The notes under the pieces are model-generated. The model made no database searches. It was not told the DNA's origin and saw only the letters and a list, made by a program, of their open reading frames with translations. A stretch of DNA of 64,000 bases from Sedimentisphaerales bacterium (lineage in GTDB: Bacteria; Planctomycetota; Phycisphaerae; Sedimentisphaerales; SM23-30), in assembly GCA_963666285.1 (NCBI GenBank), contig OY762711.1, one strand, 5' to 3'. How positions within the stretch are numbered: the stretch's first letter is position 1; every line of letters starts with the position of its first letter. Both the position numbers and the translations under genes were made by a program. Of this stretch, positions 10,601 through 21,115 are shown one piece after another.

Positions 10601-12539
10601 TTGTAAAATTAATATCGATGGTATTTGTACTGTTCTGCAGTATGTATATAGTATCCAGGCTGTTCAGTTCCACAGCAACATCCGGCAGTATCTTATCTAT
10701 CTCTGCCGCCAGGCTGTACTGCATTACAACTTCATCATCCGGCTGATATATCTTTAGGTAATATGTCGCCGCACTCAGCAGAACTGACAGCTCCGCACTT
10801 CCTTCGCCCTCGGCTTCGTTCGGCGATACATCAGCTTCCGTTCCGTCTGCATTATACAGCTCCATCACCAGGTTCGTCTCATAGCTGTTTGTCAGCGTCA
10901 GGGTTACATCGCTTGTATCTGCTATTACCAGTTCTATCCAGTCTATATCTGTTTCCGGATATATCGCCGCCGTTCGCGGAAAACTTGCTCCTTGTCCGGT
11001 TACATCGCTAATGCTGTCATCATCTTCCCAGGCCTGAGCTTCAAATACCTCAACTTCCAACTCCGGCCCCCAGTTATTTGATGTATCGCTCTCTTCATCA
11101 ACGCTTACTTTCATGCAGTAATAGTATACTCCAACATCTGACTTGGCTGGCAGCTCGATATCAACGCTTTCGCTGTCGCCTGCGGCCAAATCATTTATAT
11201 CTTCATCTGTAAATATCATATATGGATCATTCTCATCCGCAATCTCATCCCAGTCAGCATCTGCCGTGGTTGAGGTATAGATATTTACCGAAATTGTATT
11301 AGAATTGTCGAAACTGCTTATATTGCTGAGCGTTACAGGTATCACGATTTCATTGTTCAGTACATCATCATGATGGCTGTCATAAGTTATCGTTAAATCC
11401 GGCAGGGAGGCTAATATCGGGTAATCACCGCTGTTTATTGTCCAGACCGCTGTAAAATCCCAACCGATATCTGTATAGTTCTCTTCATCCTGCATCTCGA
11501 TTGTACTATATCCTAGAACATTGGTTACTGTACCGCCGTTGTTCAAACCTACTCCTGCCGTAGATTCACTTACTGTATTATCCCAGATACAGCTGACTAT
11601 TGTGCCGCTGTTTCGTGCTACAATACCGCCTCGCACCTGGTTTGAACCTGTCGCACTAAAAGTCTGGGTTCCAACCGCATAGCAGTATTTCACATTCGCC
11701 AATGACGAACAATAACCTGTTATGCCTCCGGCCTGCGTTGTCCGCACCTGAACATTTGCTATTGCATAACAGTTTATTATGCTGCCGTTATCGCCATTGT
11801 ACCCGGCTATACCGCCGGCATTATTTGTATAACTCTCAATGTACCCGCCCGGAGCAGTTTCCACATAGCTTTTGCTTATCAGCCCGCGGTTTATACCCGC
11901 TATTCCGCCTATCGCATTACTTCCACCGTAGATATCCATATTCGTGGCCGAGCAGTCTATTATCGACCCGGCCTCAACATTCTCGCCGACTATGCCGCCC
12001 AGCACCCATCCGGCATTAATCGCGCCGCTTACATGGCAATTTCGAATTGTGCCGCTATTCCTCGCTGCGATAAATGCGATATAACCCTTATTGTACATGG
12101 ATACATCGCCATTCTCTATCCAGAGATTTTCTACCAGCCCGCCGCTGCCAATATAGCCGAACAGGCCAAAGTCATTATATTCGCCTTCGTTCAGACCGCG
12201 AGAGTAATTGAACCCGCTTATTGACTTACCGTTTCCATTAAAATAACCCTGAAAGACATTTGTTGAGCTTCCTATGGGCTCTAAGCTGTTTGCGACACTT
12301 AATATGGATATGTCATTTACTAAGATAAAATAACTCGAAAAATCGTCCGAATTATCGCTTATTGCTAATAGATGGGCTGCGGTTTTTATCTGATATGGAT
12401 TGGCTTTCGTTCCACTGCCGCCGCCATACTGGCATAATGCCTTTCCTGGTAAGATAGTCAAAATAGACAGAATTATACATATTCGTACTATAAATACAGA
12501 CTGATTACCCCGGGTTACCATGTAACGCTCATTTTTCAT
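7605..12539 (-). CDS. Large secreted GLUG-repeat protein with CARDB/PPC-like Ig domains and a dockerin-like C-terminus
   Basis: Three GxGT..PYxI...FxGxFNGxG modules with GGLxG repeats; D..ESNENNN CARDB-like motifs; GDLDNDEKVDLADFGILAENWL. Confidence 0.8.
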   Translation of the reverse strand: MKNERYMVTRGNQSVFIVRICIILSILTILPGKALCQYGGGSGTKANPYQIKTAAHLLAISDNSDDFSSYFILVNDISILSVANSLEPIGSSTNVFQGYFNGNGKSISGFNYSRGLNEGEYNDFGLFGYIGSGGLVENLWIENGDVSMYNKGYIAFIAARNSGTIRNCHVSGAINAGWVLGGIVGENVEAGSIIDCSATNMDIYGGSNAIGGIAGINRGLISKSYVETAPGGYIESYTNNAGGIAGYNGDNGSIINCYAIANVQVRTTQAGGITGYCSSLANVKYCYAVGTQTFSATGSNQVRGGIVARNSGTIVSCIWDNTVSESTAGVGLNNGGTVTNVLGYSTIEMQDEENYTDIGWDFTAVWTINSGDYPILASLPDLTITYDSHHDDVLNNEIVIPVTLSNISSFDNSNTISVNIYTSTTADADWDEIADENDPYMIFTDEDINDLAAGDSESVDIELPAKSDVGVYYYCMKVSVDEESDTSNNWGPELEVEVFEAQAWEDDDSISDVTGQGASFPRTAAIYPETDIDWIELVIADTSDVTLTLTNSYETNLVMELYNADGTEADVSPNEAEGEGSAELSVLLSAATYYLKIYQPDDEVVMQYSLAAEIDKILPDVAVELNSLDTIYILQNSTNTIDINFTMVNNSVISSGTYSYQLVSAATDTIDLSDPDSYTAVEGRNGRISLVGEEEYSELFSFQPVTADLGDRYYAVIVDSEDELSESNENNNLSSSVRVHTYELDSYEPDDAMEDAKELIFGTKSTYSIEPVADVDYMYFEVTDKSKVTVEITCNSLIKLGLYRTDDVYDPEATETLYFDNSTTGTNKYTWDVILEKDTYYLKVNEPGNDMEIPEYTITVKSVLDAPDLTCKMAKKYLSSEAGITSFKATILVSNKGTAAVTGVNAKLKIASSIDANWSTAEVIATSLDSTLSIAKYTDDASGTFTIEIPESDGIYYMKAFVDAVELIDESDEDNNASPTIILAVGEDYGYSGGSGTSSSPWQISTAFDLDMISEISTQMEDYFVLTHDIDLSTLEGEYNSIGTSSVPFIGNFNGQGYTISNYVINSSGDATGIFGYTDKSDTISSEIIDLNLTGVDIISDSYDGACGGLVGTNGCNIYYCTVSGTIDTDGVAGMLAGSNLTNSMILYSYVSQTTLNSSGSGVGMIVGENAGVIMNCYTDQGVVSGEGDIGGLCGINDGSIYDSYSRATVMATSDNAGGFIGTNNGVIGYCYSTGSMSVPTDIIYGGFSGLNSGSMTSCFWSLSESGVSTDNSLGIGVTGLTASEMLDKSIFESAGWVFGNAPYSSWLMADGYIQPKLLMLYYFGGGEGTLETPYLLSSYVDFLLAGDLPGLHYKLSADIDLTGMEFEKPLFGHDVDNPFTGTFNGDGHSISNYTMSGVRGIAGIFGYIVDVDSEDDYTAGVSNLAVYSPTIQTLLGSEFTGVIAGEIYAGELKNCAVRDAYVIGSDFVGGLAGTLNYGSISNSCFNGEVIGVEYVGGLAGGWQLSDITNCYSNAKVSAYDNFGGLTGYSLFTSPERSYYGPNPNAVNWGENISSDAEFWYDSETGWDMIGETENGSEDLWQVVDGYGYPWLSYENVVIEGDLDNDEKVDLADFGILAENWLNGYEMEDVQTMSENWMLEIYNK

Positions 12540-13633
12540 AATTTTCGCATCCTTGCAAAAGTAATTTAGCTCTCTTTAGCTTCACTACAGCCGATATCCA
12601 TATCAGCTCACTCAAATAATTATCAATTCAATGTGATGGATTAGTCTCTTAATATTTTTGTAAGATATCTTAAGCCAATCTGTTATATTAGATTTTTATT
12701 AAGTCTGCCGATTTACGGCATTTCTTTCCTAATACCTAAATACTAATACCTAATACCTTTCAAATTGGCCATCGGGCAGTTTGAACAGATAATATTATAC
12801 CATCATCCTTAATGATAACAAGAATAATAATTTCTGTTTTAAGTCTAATAAATTGAATGATTTAGACACCGTTGTGCTTCTCTTGACCGCTCACAAGCCT
12901 TATTTAGCTTCAGCAATCTACGCATAGGGTATGGTTCTTTTATCACCTGTTATGCCCGTGATATACCTGATTTTATATATTTTTGACTTAAAAACGCAAT
13001 TTTTACTGTTACCTTCGCTGCTGGTTTGTTATAATCGATACAAATCTGATAACCTTATCTGGTTTTATAAGCTTGTAGCTTAGTCAGAATGAGAAGTTCT
13101 TGGAGAGAAAAGAGGCCTTTCTGGTGTTTTCCGAGTCATCTCAATCAAATTTGCACATTGGAAAATGTTTGTTTTTTGCAGATTAATTAAAAATTTAATT
13201 TCTAACGAATCATTATCAGTAGATTAGCTTGTTTTTAGTTTTTTATTGCTATTATTAGCAATCGCATTTTCTGTATTTTGTGTAACTGACATAGCATTCA
13301 AATTTGTTGTTTGCTAATCACTTTTTAAAAATTTAAGTAAGAACAGCAAGATGAATCCAATTTTTTGTTTAGCATGCTTTTAATGCTTTCAGGTAAAGGA
13401 GATGAGCGTTTTTTTCACTTGGCTTTCGCTCATTCCTGCACTTTGATGTATGCTGGTAAGCAATTTTTTGGGTTACATCAAATCGTATATATCATGGAGG
13501 GCTGGTATAGAGCAGCTTTTGAAATTTATTATCTATTTTTCCTTAGATTGCTCTGAGACTTTTCATTTAGCTTGAACTGCCTGAATCAGCCTGCATATTT
13601 TTTAGATTAAAAACTACGTTTCGGAGTGGAGTA

Positions 13634-15052
13634 ATGTATCTGATGCACAAATTATTTTTGCTATTATTGTTTACCGTAGCCAACTGTACCATTGCCGCAA
13701 CTGCTGCCCTTACCGGCAGCGGTACTGTAGATGACCCGTATTTGATACAAAATAATGATGATTTCTTCTTTTTTGCCAACCAGGACAACAGCTTTCTATG
13801 GGAGCAGGGCGTTCATATCAGGCTGGATGCCGATATTAACCTCAAAACACATACTTTCAGCCAGGCGCCAATTGCCGGCGATCCCGATGAAGATACTGGT
13901 TTTGACGGCTTACGATATTCTGGCTGTTTCGACGGCAATGGCAAAACTATCAGTAACTTAACTGTTGACTGTCCCAGCTATGCAGGGCTTTTCGGCGTTG
14001 TCAGCAGGTTCGGTTCGGTTTGTAACCTGACCATTACCAATGCCGACATGTCGTGCAAAGGCTATTATGGCGGCAGTATCTGTGCTTATAATTTCGGTAT
14101 TATCAAAAACTGCTTCTCTAGCGGATCTGTTTCCGGTTCTGACGAGGCCTATTATGTTGGCGGGCTTTGCGGTTATTCCGAAGAAGATACTTCAATTCTC
14201 GGCTGCAAGGTTGATATGACAGTTACCGGCATGCAGTTCGTCGGAATTCTTTGCGGCAGGAATTGCGGCACAATGATCGACTGCTTTTCTGACGGTTCCT
14301 CTACCGGTTTACTTTTTGTCGGCGGACTCTGCGGCAGAAATTCTGGTACTATTAACAACAGTTACTCCACCGGAAAAACGTCCGGTACCGGCTACTCCAA
14401 TTCGGTCGGTGGGTTCTGCGGGCATAACAGCGGCATAATCAAAAGCTGCTATTCTACCGGAAATGTTTCTGGTATGTACTATGTTGGCGGGCTATGCGGC
14501 TATAACAAGGGCGGTACTATCAGCTTCTGTTATACCAGCAGCATAGTAACCGGCGAATCTTATCTCGGCGGACTGCTGGGGTTCAATTCCAGCGGCAGTG
14601 TCGATGAATGTCTTGCTGATGGCGATGTCACCGGCAACAGTTATTCTGCCGGACTCTGCGGCTTTAACTCATCTGGCAGTATTAGCGATAGTTTCTGGAA
14701 TATGGAAGCGATGGAAGCTAATGTCGGTTATAACGAGTCATCAACAAAGCAGGGCAGTGAAACCAATGTGCAAGGTATTACCAACGATCAGATGCATGAT
14801 ATCAATACCTTCCTTAAAGCTGGCTGGGATTTTGTTAACGAAACCCAAAACGGCACAGATGATATCTGGCGCATGCCTTATGTTATTGACGCGCCGATTC
14901 TGTCATGGCAGCGTGATATACCCGGAGATATTACCGGCACTTACGGTGTCGATCTCGAAGACTTCGCCGTCATCTCAAAGGCCTGGCAATCACAGTACAC
15001 TATTATAGACCTGCAAACCTTTGTTCAGAACTGGCTCGCCGGCCTCGAATAA
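13634..15052 (+). CDS. Secreted GLUG-repeat protein with dockerin-like tail
   Basis: Signal peptide; GSGT.DDPY; repeated VGGLCG.N.G.I; GDITGTYGVDLEDF. Confidence 0.85.
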   Translation: MYLMHKLFLLLLFTVANCTIAATAALTGSGTVDDPYLIQNNDDFFFFANQDNSFLWEQGVHIRLDADINLKTHTFSQAPIAGDPDEDTGFDGLRYSGCFDGNGKTISNLTVDCPSYAGLFGVVSRFGSVCNLTITNADMSCKGYYGGSICAYNFGIIKNCFSSGSVSGSDEAYYVGGLCGYSEEDTSILGCKVDMTVTGMQFVGILCGRNCGTMIDCFSDGSSTGLLFVGGLCGRNSGTINNSYSTGKTSGTGYSNSVGGFCGHNSGIIKSCYSTGNVSGMYYVGGLCGYNKGGTISFCYTSSIVTGESYLGGLLGFNSSGSVDECLADGDVTGNSYSAGLCGFNSSGSISDSFWNMEAMEANVGYNESSTKQGSETNVQGITNDQMHDINTFLKAGWDFVNETQNGTDDIWRMPYVIDAPILSWQRDIPGDITGTYGVDLEDFAVISKAWQSQYTIIDLQTFVQNWLAGLE

Positions 15053-15082
15053 TAACGGGATTACTTAAACATAAATAATTTC

Positions 15083-15123
15083 AAAGCCGCATCGGAGTAG
15101 CTTATCTCCTTTGCGGTTTTTTT
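15083..15123 (+). terminator. Intrinsic terminator
   Basis: AAAGCCGCA...TGCGGTTT hairpin followed by a T-run. Confidence 0.6.
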
Positions 15124-15364
15124 TATCAATGTTTGTCCGTTTAGCTTTTTTCTATTCTTAACAAGCCTCCCCATATCCCTAAAACTATCTTCGCCTAGCA
15201 CGTATTCATCTTCCTCCTGTTCTACTGCTCAACTGTTCTAATCTCTACGACTTTCGGTCGTTCGCGTAGCACGTATTTTCTGTTAGCTGACTGCTGGTCG
15301 CTCGCAGCTGGTAGCTGTTTGCTGCTTGCCTGCTTGCCTGCTTGCTGTTCGCTCGCCGCTCGCA

Positions 15365-15523
15365 GCTGACTGCTGATTGCCTGTTCTACTATCACCTGCT
15401 CTAATTTTAAACAAGCCGTGAGACGATAGTCGAACACCTTAATTTTTCACTTTTAATTATTCATTTTTCATTTAGCGTAGCTCGTAGCTGTTCGCTGCTT
15501 CCCGGTAGCCCTCGGTTTCAACC
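15365..15523. repeat. 159-bp intergenic repeat, copy 1
   Basis: Colinear and near-identical to 20957-21115. Confidence 0.9.
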
Positions 15524-15925
15524 GGAGGGGAGGGAAATTAGCTGCGTTTTTAATTTATTTAGCACACTATTTTACCTAAATCATATTTATTAGCTATTTT
15601 AACCTGTCTGCATATCATTTTTGTGTTTTTGACGATGTTTTAAAATATCTTGCATATAACTCTTTGATCTTTTTGGGTTCTTATATATAATAAATCACTA
15701 ATAATTGTTTAACGATAGGGTATTTAAGGAATCTGAGAGAAAAATGAATAGAGTGCGTAATTGAGCTGTTATATTACTTGGTCATCTTCTAGATGCAAGG
15801 CCGGCTGTGCTTTATCTATTTTTTGTTTCTAGTCATTTTATACAAGTTAGTAAAGTAAAGACATTGTTTCTTTAGTGAAGTTTGTAACTCTGGATATAAA
15901 TATTACATAAAAACTGGAGATTGTT

Positions 15926-18900
15926 ATGAAGAAAGTATTAAGCATTATTTTATTGCTGGTTAATACTCTTGTTTATGCTGTGGATGGTGATTTGGGAGCG
16001 AGTAAGGGAGCGAATGGTTCTGAAACTGCCCCCTGGCTTATCGAAGATTTTTCAGACTTCCAGGCATTTTGTGCTGATACCGATTACTGGACCAGTGGTG
16101 TTTATGCACAACTCAAATGCGATATCGACCTGTCCTATGCAGGAACATATTCTCAAGCTCCAATAGCTGGTGATATTGATACCCATTTCGGCGTAACAGA
16201 ATATTATGGCAGTTTCGACGGCAACGGCCATACTATCAGCAACCTTATAGTTGAAGGAGCGTATTACTGCGGACTATTTGGTAAAGTTGGTTTCGATGCA
16301 GACATTACAAATCTGGGCTTGATAAATGCCTCAGTTACAGGAATTGGTGATTATGTTGGCGGACTGTGTGGGTTTAGCTCTTCCGGTAGTATAACAAAAT
16401 GCTATGTCTCTGGTTATGTTTCAGGAACTAATTATATTGGAGGATTAGTTGGAGAAAATGATGAAGGTAGCATCACCAATTGTTACAGTGCTGTCTCTAT
16501 AATTGGTAATGATTGTGTTGGTGGACTAATAGGGAATAATGGCGGTAGTGTCACCGATAGTTTCAGTACTGGTTCTATTTCTGGAAACAATTATATAGGC
16601 GGCTTGTGCGGATATATTTGGCATGGCAGTTTGATAGATTGTTTTACCAAATGTCTAGTAGAAGGAAATGCATCTGTTGGAGGTTTGTGTGGTGATAATA
16701 ATTCTGGAGATATAGTTAAATGTTCTGCAAATAATTCAGTTACTGGGAATAGGGATGTTGGTGGCTTGTGTGGTTCTGTTAGTGGTGGAATTATAAACCA
16801 AAGTTATACTGATGGTTATATAGTATGTAATGGAGACTATGTTGGTGGTTTTTGTGGCAGTGTATTTCAAACTATAATAAATGATTGCTATTCACTAACG
16901 CAAACGATCGGATATGGAGACTATGTTGGTGGTTTTTGTGGTCTAATCCAATATAGTCAGACTTCTAATAGCTTTTCATCCGGTTATGTGTTTGGTGAAT
17001 CGCAATATTGTTCTGGTTTATGTGGATGTCTTTTTGGTAGTGAAGCAATTATACAAAATTGTTTTTGGAATACTGAGACTTCTGGACAGAGTGATGGGTA
17101 TATTCTTTACTCTTTAAATCCAGGAAATGTAATTAATGTAATGGGATTGACAACGTCAGAATTGCAAACGCGAACGTCCTTTATCGATGCCGGATGGGAT
17201 TTTGTTGGGGAAGAAGATAATGGTAAGGATGACATTTGGCAAATTAGAAATTATCCGGTATTAAGCTGGCAGTTTAACAAAGTTCAAGGATCTGGCTCAG
17301 AGGAAGATCCATATGTTATCAGCAATTTATATGATTTCTATAAGTTCTGTTTTGAGTCAAATTATTGGGCGAGTGGTGTTCACACACAGCTAGTCTGTAA
17401 TCTTGACTTGATCAATGCAGGTGTTTTCACTAAAGCTCCAATTGCTGGTGATATTGATATACATTTCGGCGGAACAGAATATTGTGGCAGTTTCGACGGC
17501 AACGGTCATACTATCAGCAACCTTACAGTTGAAGGAGCGTATTGCTGTGGACTATTTGGTAAAGTTGGTTCCGATGCAGATATAACAAATCTGGGATTAA
17601 AAAATGTCTCTATTATTGGAACGAGTTATGTTGGTGGGCTGTGTGGATATAATGATGAGGGGAGTATAATAGGTTGCTTTGCTACTGGCATTGTTGCTGG
17701 AGTTGGTGATTATAGTGATTATGTTGGCGGACTGTGTGGTTTTAATAATAAAGGTAGTGTAACTGATTGTTACAGTATGGTTTCTGTTTCTGGAGATAAA
17801 GTTTGTGTTGGTGGACTGTGTGGGTTTAACTCTTCTGGTAGTATAACAAAGTGCTATGCCTCTGGCCCTGTTTCGGGTGTTTATTCTGTTGGTGGGCTGT
17901 GTGGATTTAATAATTCAGGAATTATAATAGGTAGTTTCTATAATATTGATATTTGCGGAATAAATGTTAGTGATGGCGGCCATCCGCTGACTGATGATCA
18001 GATGAAACTGGCTTCCAGCTTCTATGGCTGGACTTCTGGCAATTGGACCATAGATCAAGAAAATGACTATCCACGTCTTGCTTGGGAAAATGCCTGTGGC
18101 ACAACCATTAATACCGACTACCCGGGTATTACTTATTCTGGCTCCGGCACTGAAGATGATCCCTACCAGATCGGCTCCGCTGAAGACCTGCAAATACTTA
18201 TGCACCGTGAAAATGACTGGGACAAATACTATCTTCTTACCTCGGATGTAAATATGTCCGGCATTAATTTTTACCATGCTGTTATTGGTCACGGCTGTGA
18301 ATTTACCGGTTCTTTCGACGGTTTCGATGGAATAAAGTATCACATTATCAGTAATCTTACCGTTAGCGGTTCATCTTGCTGTGGTTTGTTTGGTCGTATT
18401 GGTTCCGGAGGGACTGTTGCTAATTTGGGGTTGGAAAATGCCTCAGTTACAGGAATTGGTGATTATGTCGGTGGACTGTGTGGATATAATAATTCCGGCA
18501 GTATAACACAATGTTATGCTATCGGCTCTATTTCAGGTGATGATTCTCTCGGCGGCCTATGTGGATATAATAATTCCGGTAGTATAATAAAATGCTATGC
18601 CACTGGTTCTGTTTCGGGTGATTATTCTGTCGGGGGACTGTGTGGATTTAATGATTCCGGCAGTATTGCAGAATGTTATGCCATTGGTTCTGTTTCGGGT
18701 GATTATTATGTCGGTGGACTGTGTGGATATAATTATTCCGGCAGTATTGCAGAATGTTATGCCGCTGGTTCCATTTCTGGTAATCCTGCCTACGGCCTAT
18801 GTGGGTTTCAGTATGGTAGTTCGGCAGAGATTTATAGTAGTTTTTGGAATATTGAAATATCGGAGAAGGCTATTGGGTATAATCTTAGTTCTTTTTATCC

Positions 18901-20944
18901 CGGTACAATTACCAATGTGCAAGGAGTAACAACCGCCGAAATGCAAATGCAAACATATTTCACTGATGCCGGATGGGATTTTATTAGTGAAGATGATAAC
19001 GGCACAGGTGATACTTGGAGAATGATAAATTATCCTATATTGAGCTGGCAATTGGATGGTATTGAAGGTGACGGTTCGGAGAACGAACCTTATGTCATAG
19101 ACAACTTAAATGACTTTTATGACTTCTGCCTAGATTCAGAATATTGGACATATAACAAGAGTGTGAGTCTTAATTGTGATCTTGATTTAAGTGTTGCAGG
19201 AGTTTATTCGGAAGCTCCGATAGCACCTTATATATCAAGTGATATCAATTTTCAAGGTGTTGAATATAAAGGTATTTTCAAGGGTAATGGGCATGAGATA
19301 AGCAATTTAAGCATAGAAAGTGAAAATGGTTACCTCGGCCTGTTTGGCAATATTTTGAACGGTTCTGTGTCCGATTTGAATATATCTGGAATCATCAATT
19401 CAAATGGGAGTAAGGTCGGTCTTTTAGCTGGAGGGGCTTCATTAGTAAATATTGACAACTGTCATTCGGATGGGGTGGTATTAGGCAAATATGATGTTGG
19501 AGGACTTATAGGAAGTATAGGCGGATATATAAATAAAAGTTCTGCAAGTTGTTCGGTAAAAAGTACCGGCAGTTGGGCTGGAGGATTGCTTGGTAGAAAT
19601 TCTGGAACTGTTGAAGCATGTTATTCATCCGGTAATGTAACTAGTTTAACTTTTGATTGTGGTGGTATGATAGGTATTAATAGCGGAGATTTATTAAATA
19701 GCTATTCCTCTTGTGCCGTTTTGGGGAGTAGTATGATAGGAGGGCTTGTCGGTTTTAATTCCCAAGGCTCTATAGATAAGTGCTATTCGGCGGCAACCAT
19801 GCCTCAAACCAACAGGCTTTTCTGGGTAGACCAGGTTAAAGACAGTATTCAATATTCGAATTTAAAAGATAATGCAGAAGCTATGTCGGCAAATGGTACT
19901 TCTCCTTACGGTGTTGCAATAGACAATGAAAATTTCAAGGTTTACTGGACTGGTGCAACAACCGGTTTGATCCATAGGGCAAATTTAGATGGGACAGATA
20001 TTGAAGAGGTAATTGATACTAATGGCGAATCGCCAAGGTTGATCGCAGTTGACCCTGTTGACCAGAAAGTATATTTTACCAAGAATAATGCGCATTATAT
20101 ATCAAAGGTTAGTTATGATGGAACTGGCCTGGAATATATTGTTATGGATGGTGTCAGCAGTCCGCATGGGATAGCAGTAGATTCTGTAAACAGAAAAATG
20201 TATTGGACTGATGCGTCAACTTATAAGGTTCAGCGAGCTGATCTTGACGGCAGTAATATTGAAGATCTGGCGATATTGGCTGAGCCTTCTTATTGCATTA
20301 CTATTGACAGTTACAATAGCAAGATATACTGGACGCTAGCATCGGCAAATTATATCCAGCGTGCCGAGCTTAATGGCTCGAATGTTGAGAATGTTACCGT
20401 TCCCGGTGCTAGTAAGTTTTATGGTATTGCAGTTGATGGCAAAGCGGGCAAAATGTATTTTACAGAGATTTCCAATTATAAAGTGCAATGTGCAAATCTT
20501 AATGGATCAAACTTGACAGATATTGACGTTTCAGATGGTGTTTGGGGTGGAATAGTTATAGCAGAACCACTACCAGATAGTGTTGGCGGAATTGCAGGTA
20601 TTAATAGCGGTACTATAGAGAATTCTTTCTGGGATGCAGAGTTGTGTGATATTACTTCTGAGGATAATGGGCAGGTGACCGCCCAAATGCAGAACATCAA
20701 CACTTTCCTAAATGCTGGCTGGGATTTCAACGCAGAAACTGCCAATGGTACCAACAACCTCTGGCATATGCCATATAAGGACACTGGTTATCCGATGCTG
20801 TTTTTCCAGCGTGACATCCCCGGCGACCTCGCCGGCTCCTACGGCATAGACCTCACCGACTTCAGCGAACTGTCGTCAAACTGGCTCAACACATACAACA
20901 TCACCGACTTGCAGACACTAGCTGTTTATTGGCTTGAACAATAA
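15926..20944 (+). CDS. Large secreted GLUG-repeat protein with a YWTD (LDLR-B-like) beta-propeller and dockerin-like tail
   Basis: Four GLUG modules; FWVD/YWT/YFT/YWTD/YWT/YFTE blades; GDLAGSYGIDLTDFSELSSNWL. Confidence 0.85.
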   Translation: MKKVLSIILLLVNTLVYAVDGDLGASKGANGSETAPWLIEDFSDFQAFCADTDYWTSGVYAQLKCDIDLSYAGTYSQAPIAGDIDTHFGVTEYYGSFDGNGHTISNLIVEGAYYCGLFGKVGFDADITNLGLINASVTGIGDYVGGLCGFSSSGSITKCYVSGYVSGTNYIGGLVGENDEGSITNCYSAVSIIGNDCVGGLIGNNGGSVTDSFSTGSISGNNYIGGLCGYIWHGSLIDCFTKCLVEGNASVGGLCGDNNSGDIVKCSANNSVTGNRDVGGLCGSVSGGIINQSYTDGYIVCNGDYVGGFCGSVFQTIINDCYSLTQTIGYGDYVGGFCGLIQYSQTSNSFSSGYVFGESQYCSGLCGCLFGSEAIIQNCFWNTETSGQSDGYILYSLNPGNVINVMGLTTSELQTRTSFIDAGWDFVGEEDNGKDDIWQIRNYPVLSWQFNKVQGSGSEEDPYVISNLYDFYKFCFESNYWASGVHTQLVCNLDLINAGVFTKAPIAGDIDIHFGGTEYCGSFDGNGHTISNLTVEGAYCCGLFGKVGSDADITNLGLKNVSIIGTSYVGGLCGYNDEGSIIGCFATGIVAGVGDYSDYVGGLCGFNNKGSVTDCYSMVSVSGDKVCVGGLCGFNSSGSITKCYASGPVSGVYSVGGLCGFNNSGIIIGSFYNIDICGINVSDGGHPLTDDQMKLASSFYGWTSGNWTIDQENDYPRLAWENACGTTINTDYPGITYSGSGTEDDPYQIGSAEDLQILMHRENDWDKYYLLTSDVNMSGINFYHAVIGHGCEFTGSFDGFDGIKYHIISNLTVSGSSCCGLFGRIGSGGTVANLGLENASVTGIGDYVGGLCGYNNSGSITQCYAIGSISGDDSLGGLCGYNNSGSIIKCYATGSVSGDYSVGGLCGFNDSGSIAECYAIGSVSGDYYVGGLCGYNYSGSIAECYAAGSISGNPAYGLCGFQYGSSAEIYSSFWNIEISEKAIGYNLSSFYPGTITNVQGVTTAEMQMQTYFTDAGWDFISEDDNGTGDTWRMINYPILSWQLDGIEGDGSENEPYVIDNLNDFYDFCLDSEYWTYNKSVSLNCDLDLSVAGVYSEAPIAPYISSDINFQGVEYKGIFKGNGHEISNLSIESENGYLGLFGNILNGSVSDLNISGIINSNGSKVGLLAGGASLVNIDNCHSDGVVLGKYDVGGLIGSIGGYINKSSASCSVKSTGSWAGGLLGRNSGTVEACYSSGNVTSLTFDCGGMIGINSGDLLNSYSSCAVLGSSMIGGLVGFNSQGSIDKCYSAATMPQTNRLFWVDQVKDSIQYSNLKDNAEAMSANGTSPYGVAIDNENFKVYWTGATTGLIHRANLDGTDIEEVIDTNGESPRLIAVDPVDQKVYFTKNNAHYISKVSYDGTGLEYIVMDGVSSPHGIAVDSVNRKMYWTDASTYKVQRADLDGSNIEDLAILAEPSYCITIDSYNSKIYWTLASANYIQRAELNGSNVENVTVPGASKFYGIAVDGKAGKMYFTEISNYKVQCANLNGSNLTDIDVSDGVWGGIVIAEPLPDSVGGIAGINSGTIENSFWDAELCDITSEDNGQVTAQMQNINTFLNAGWDFNAETANGTNNLWHMPYKDTGYPMLFFQRDIPGDLAGSYGIDLTDFSELSSNWLNTYNITDLQTLAVYWLEQ

Positions 20945-20956
20945 CTGACGCTTGCC

Positions 20957-21115
20957 GCTGACTGCTGATTGCCTGTTCTACTATCATCTGTTCTAATTTT
21001 AAACAAGCGGTGAGACGATAGTCGAACACCTTAATTTTTCGCTTTTAATTATTCATTTTTCATTTAGCGTAGCTCGTAGCTGTTTGCTGCTTCCCGGTAG
21101 TCCCCGGTTTCAACC
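20957..21115. repeat. 159-bp intergenic repeat, copy 2
   Basis: Near-identical to 15365-15523. Confidence 0.9.

Noticed and set aside
16158..17596. Near-identical repeat pair as a DGR TR/VR
   Set aside because: Mismatches are not confined to adenines, both copies are in-frame in one gene, and no reverse transcriptase is in the window.
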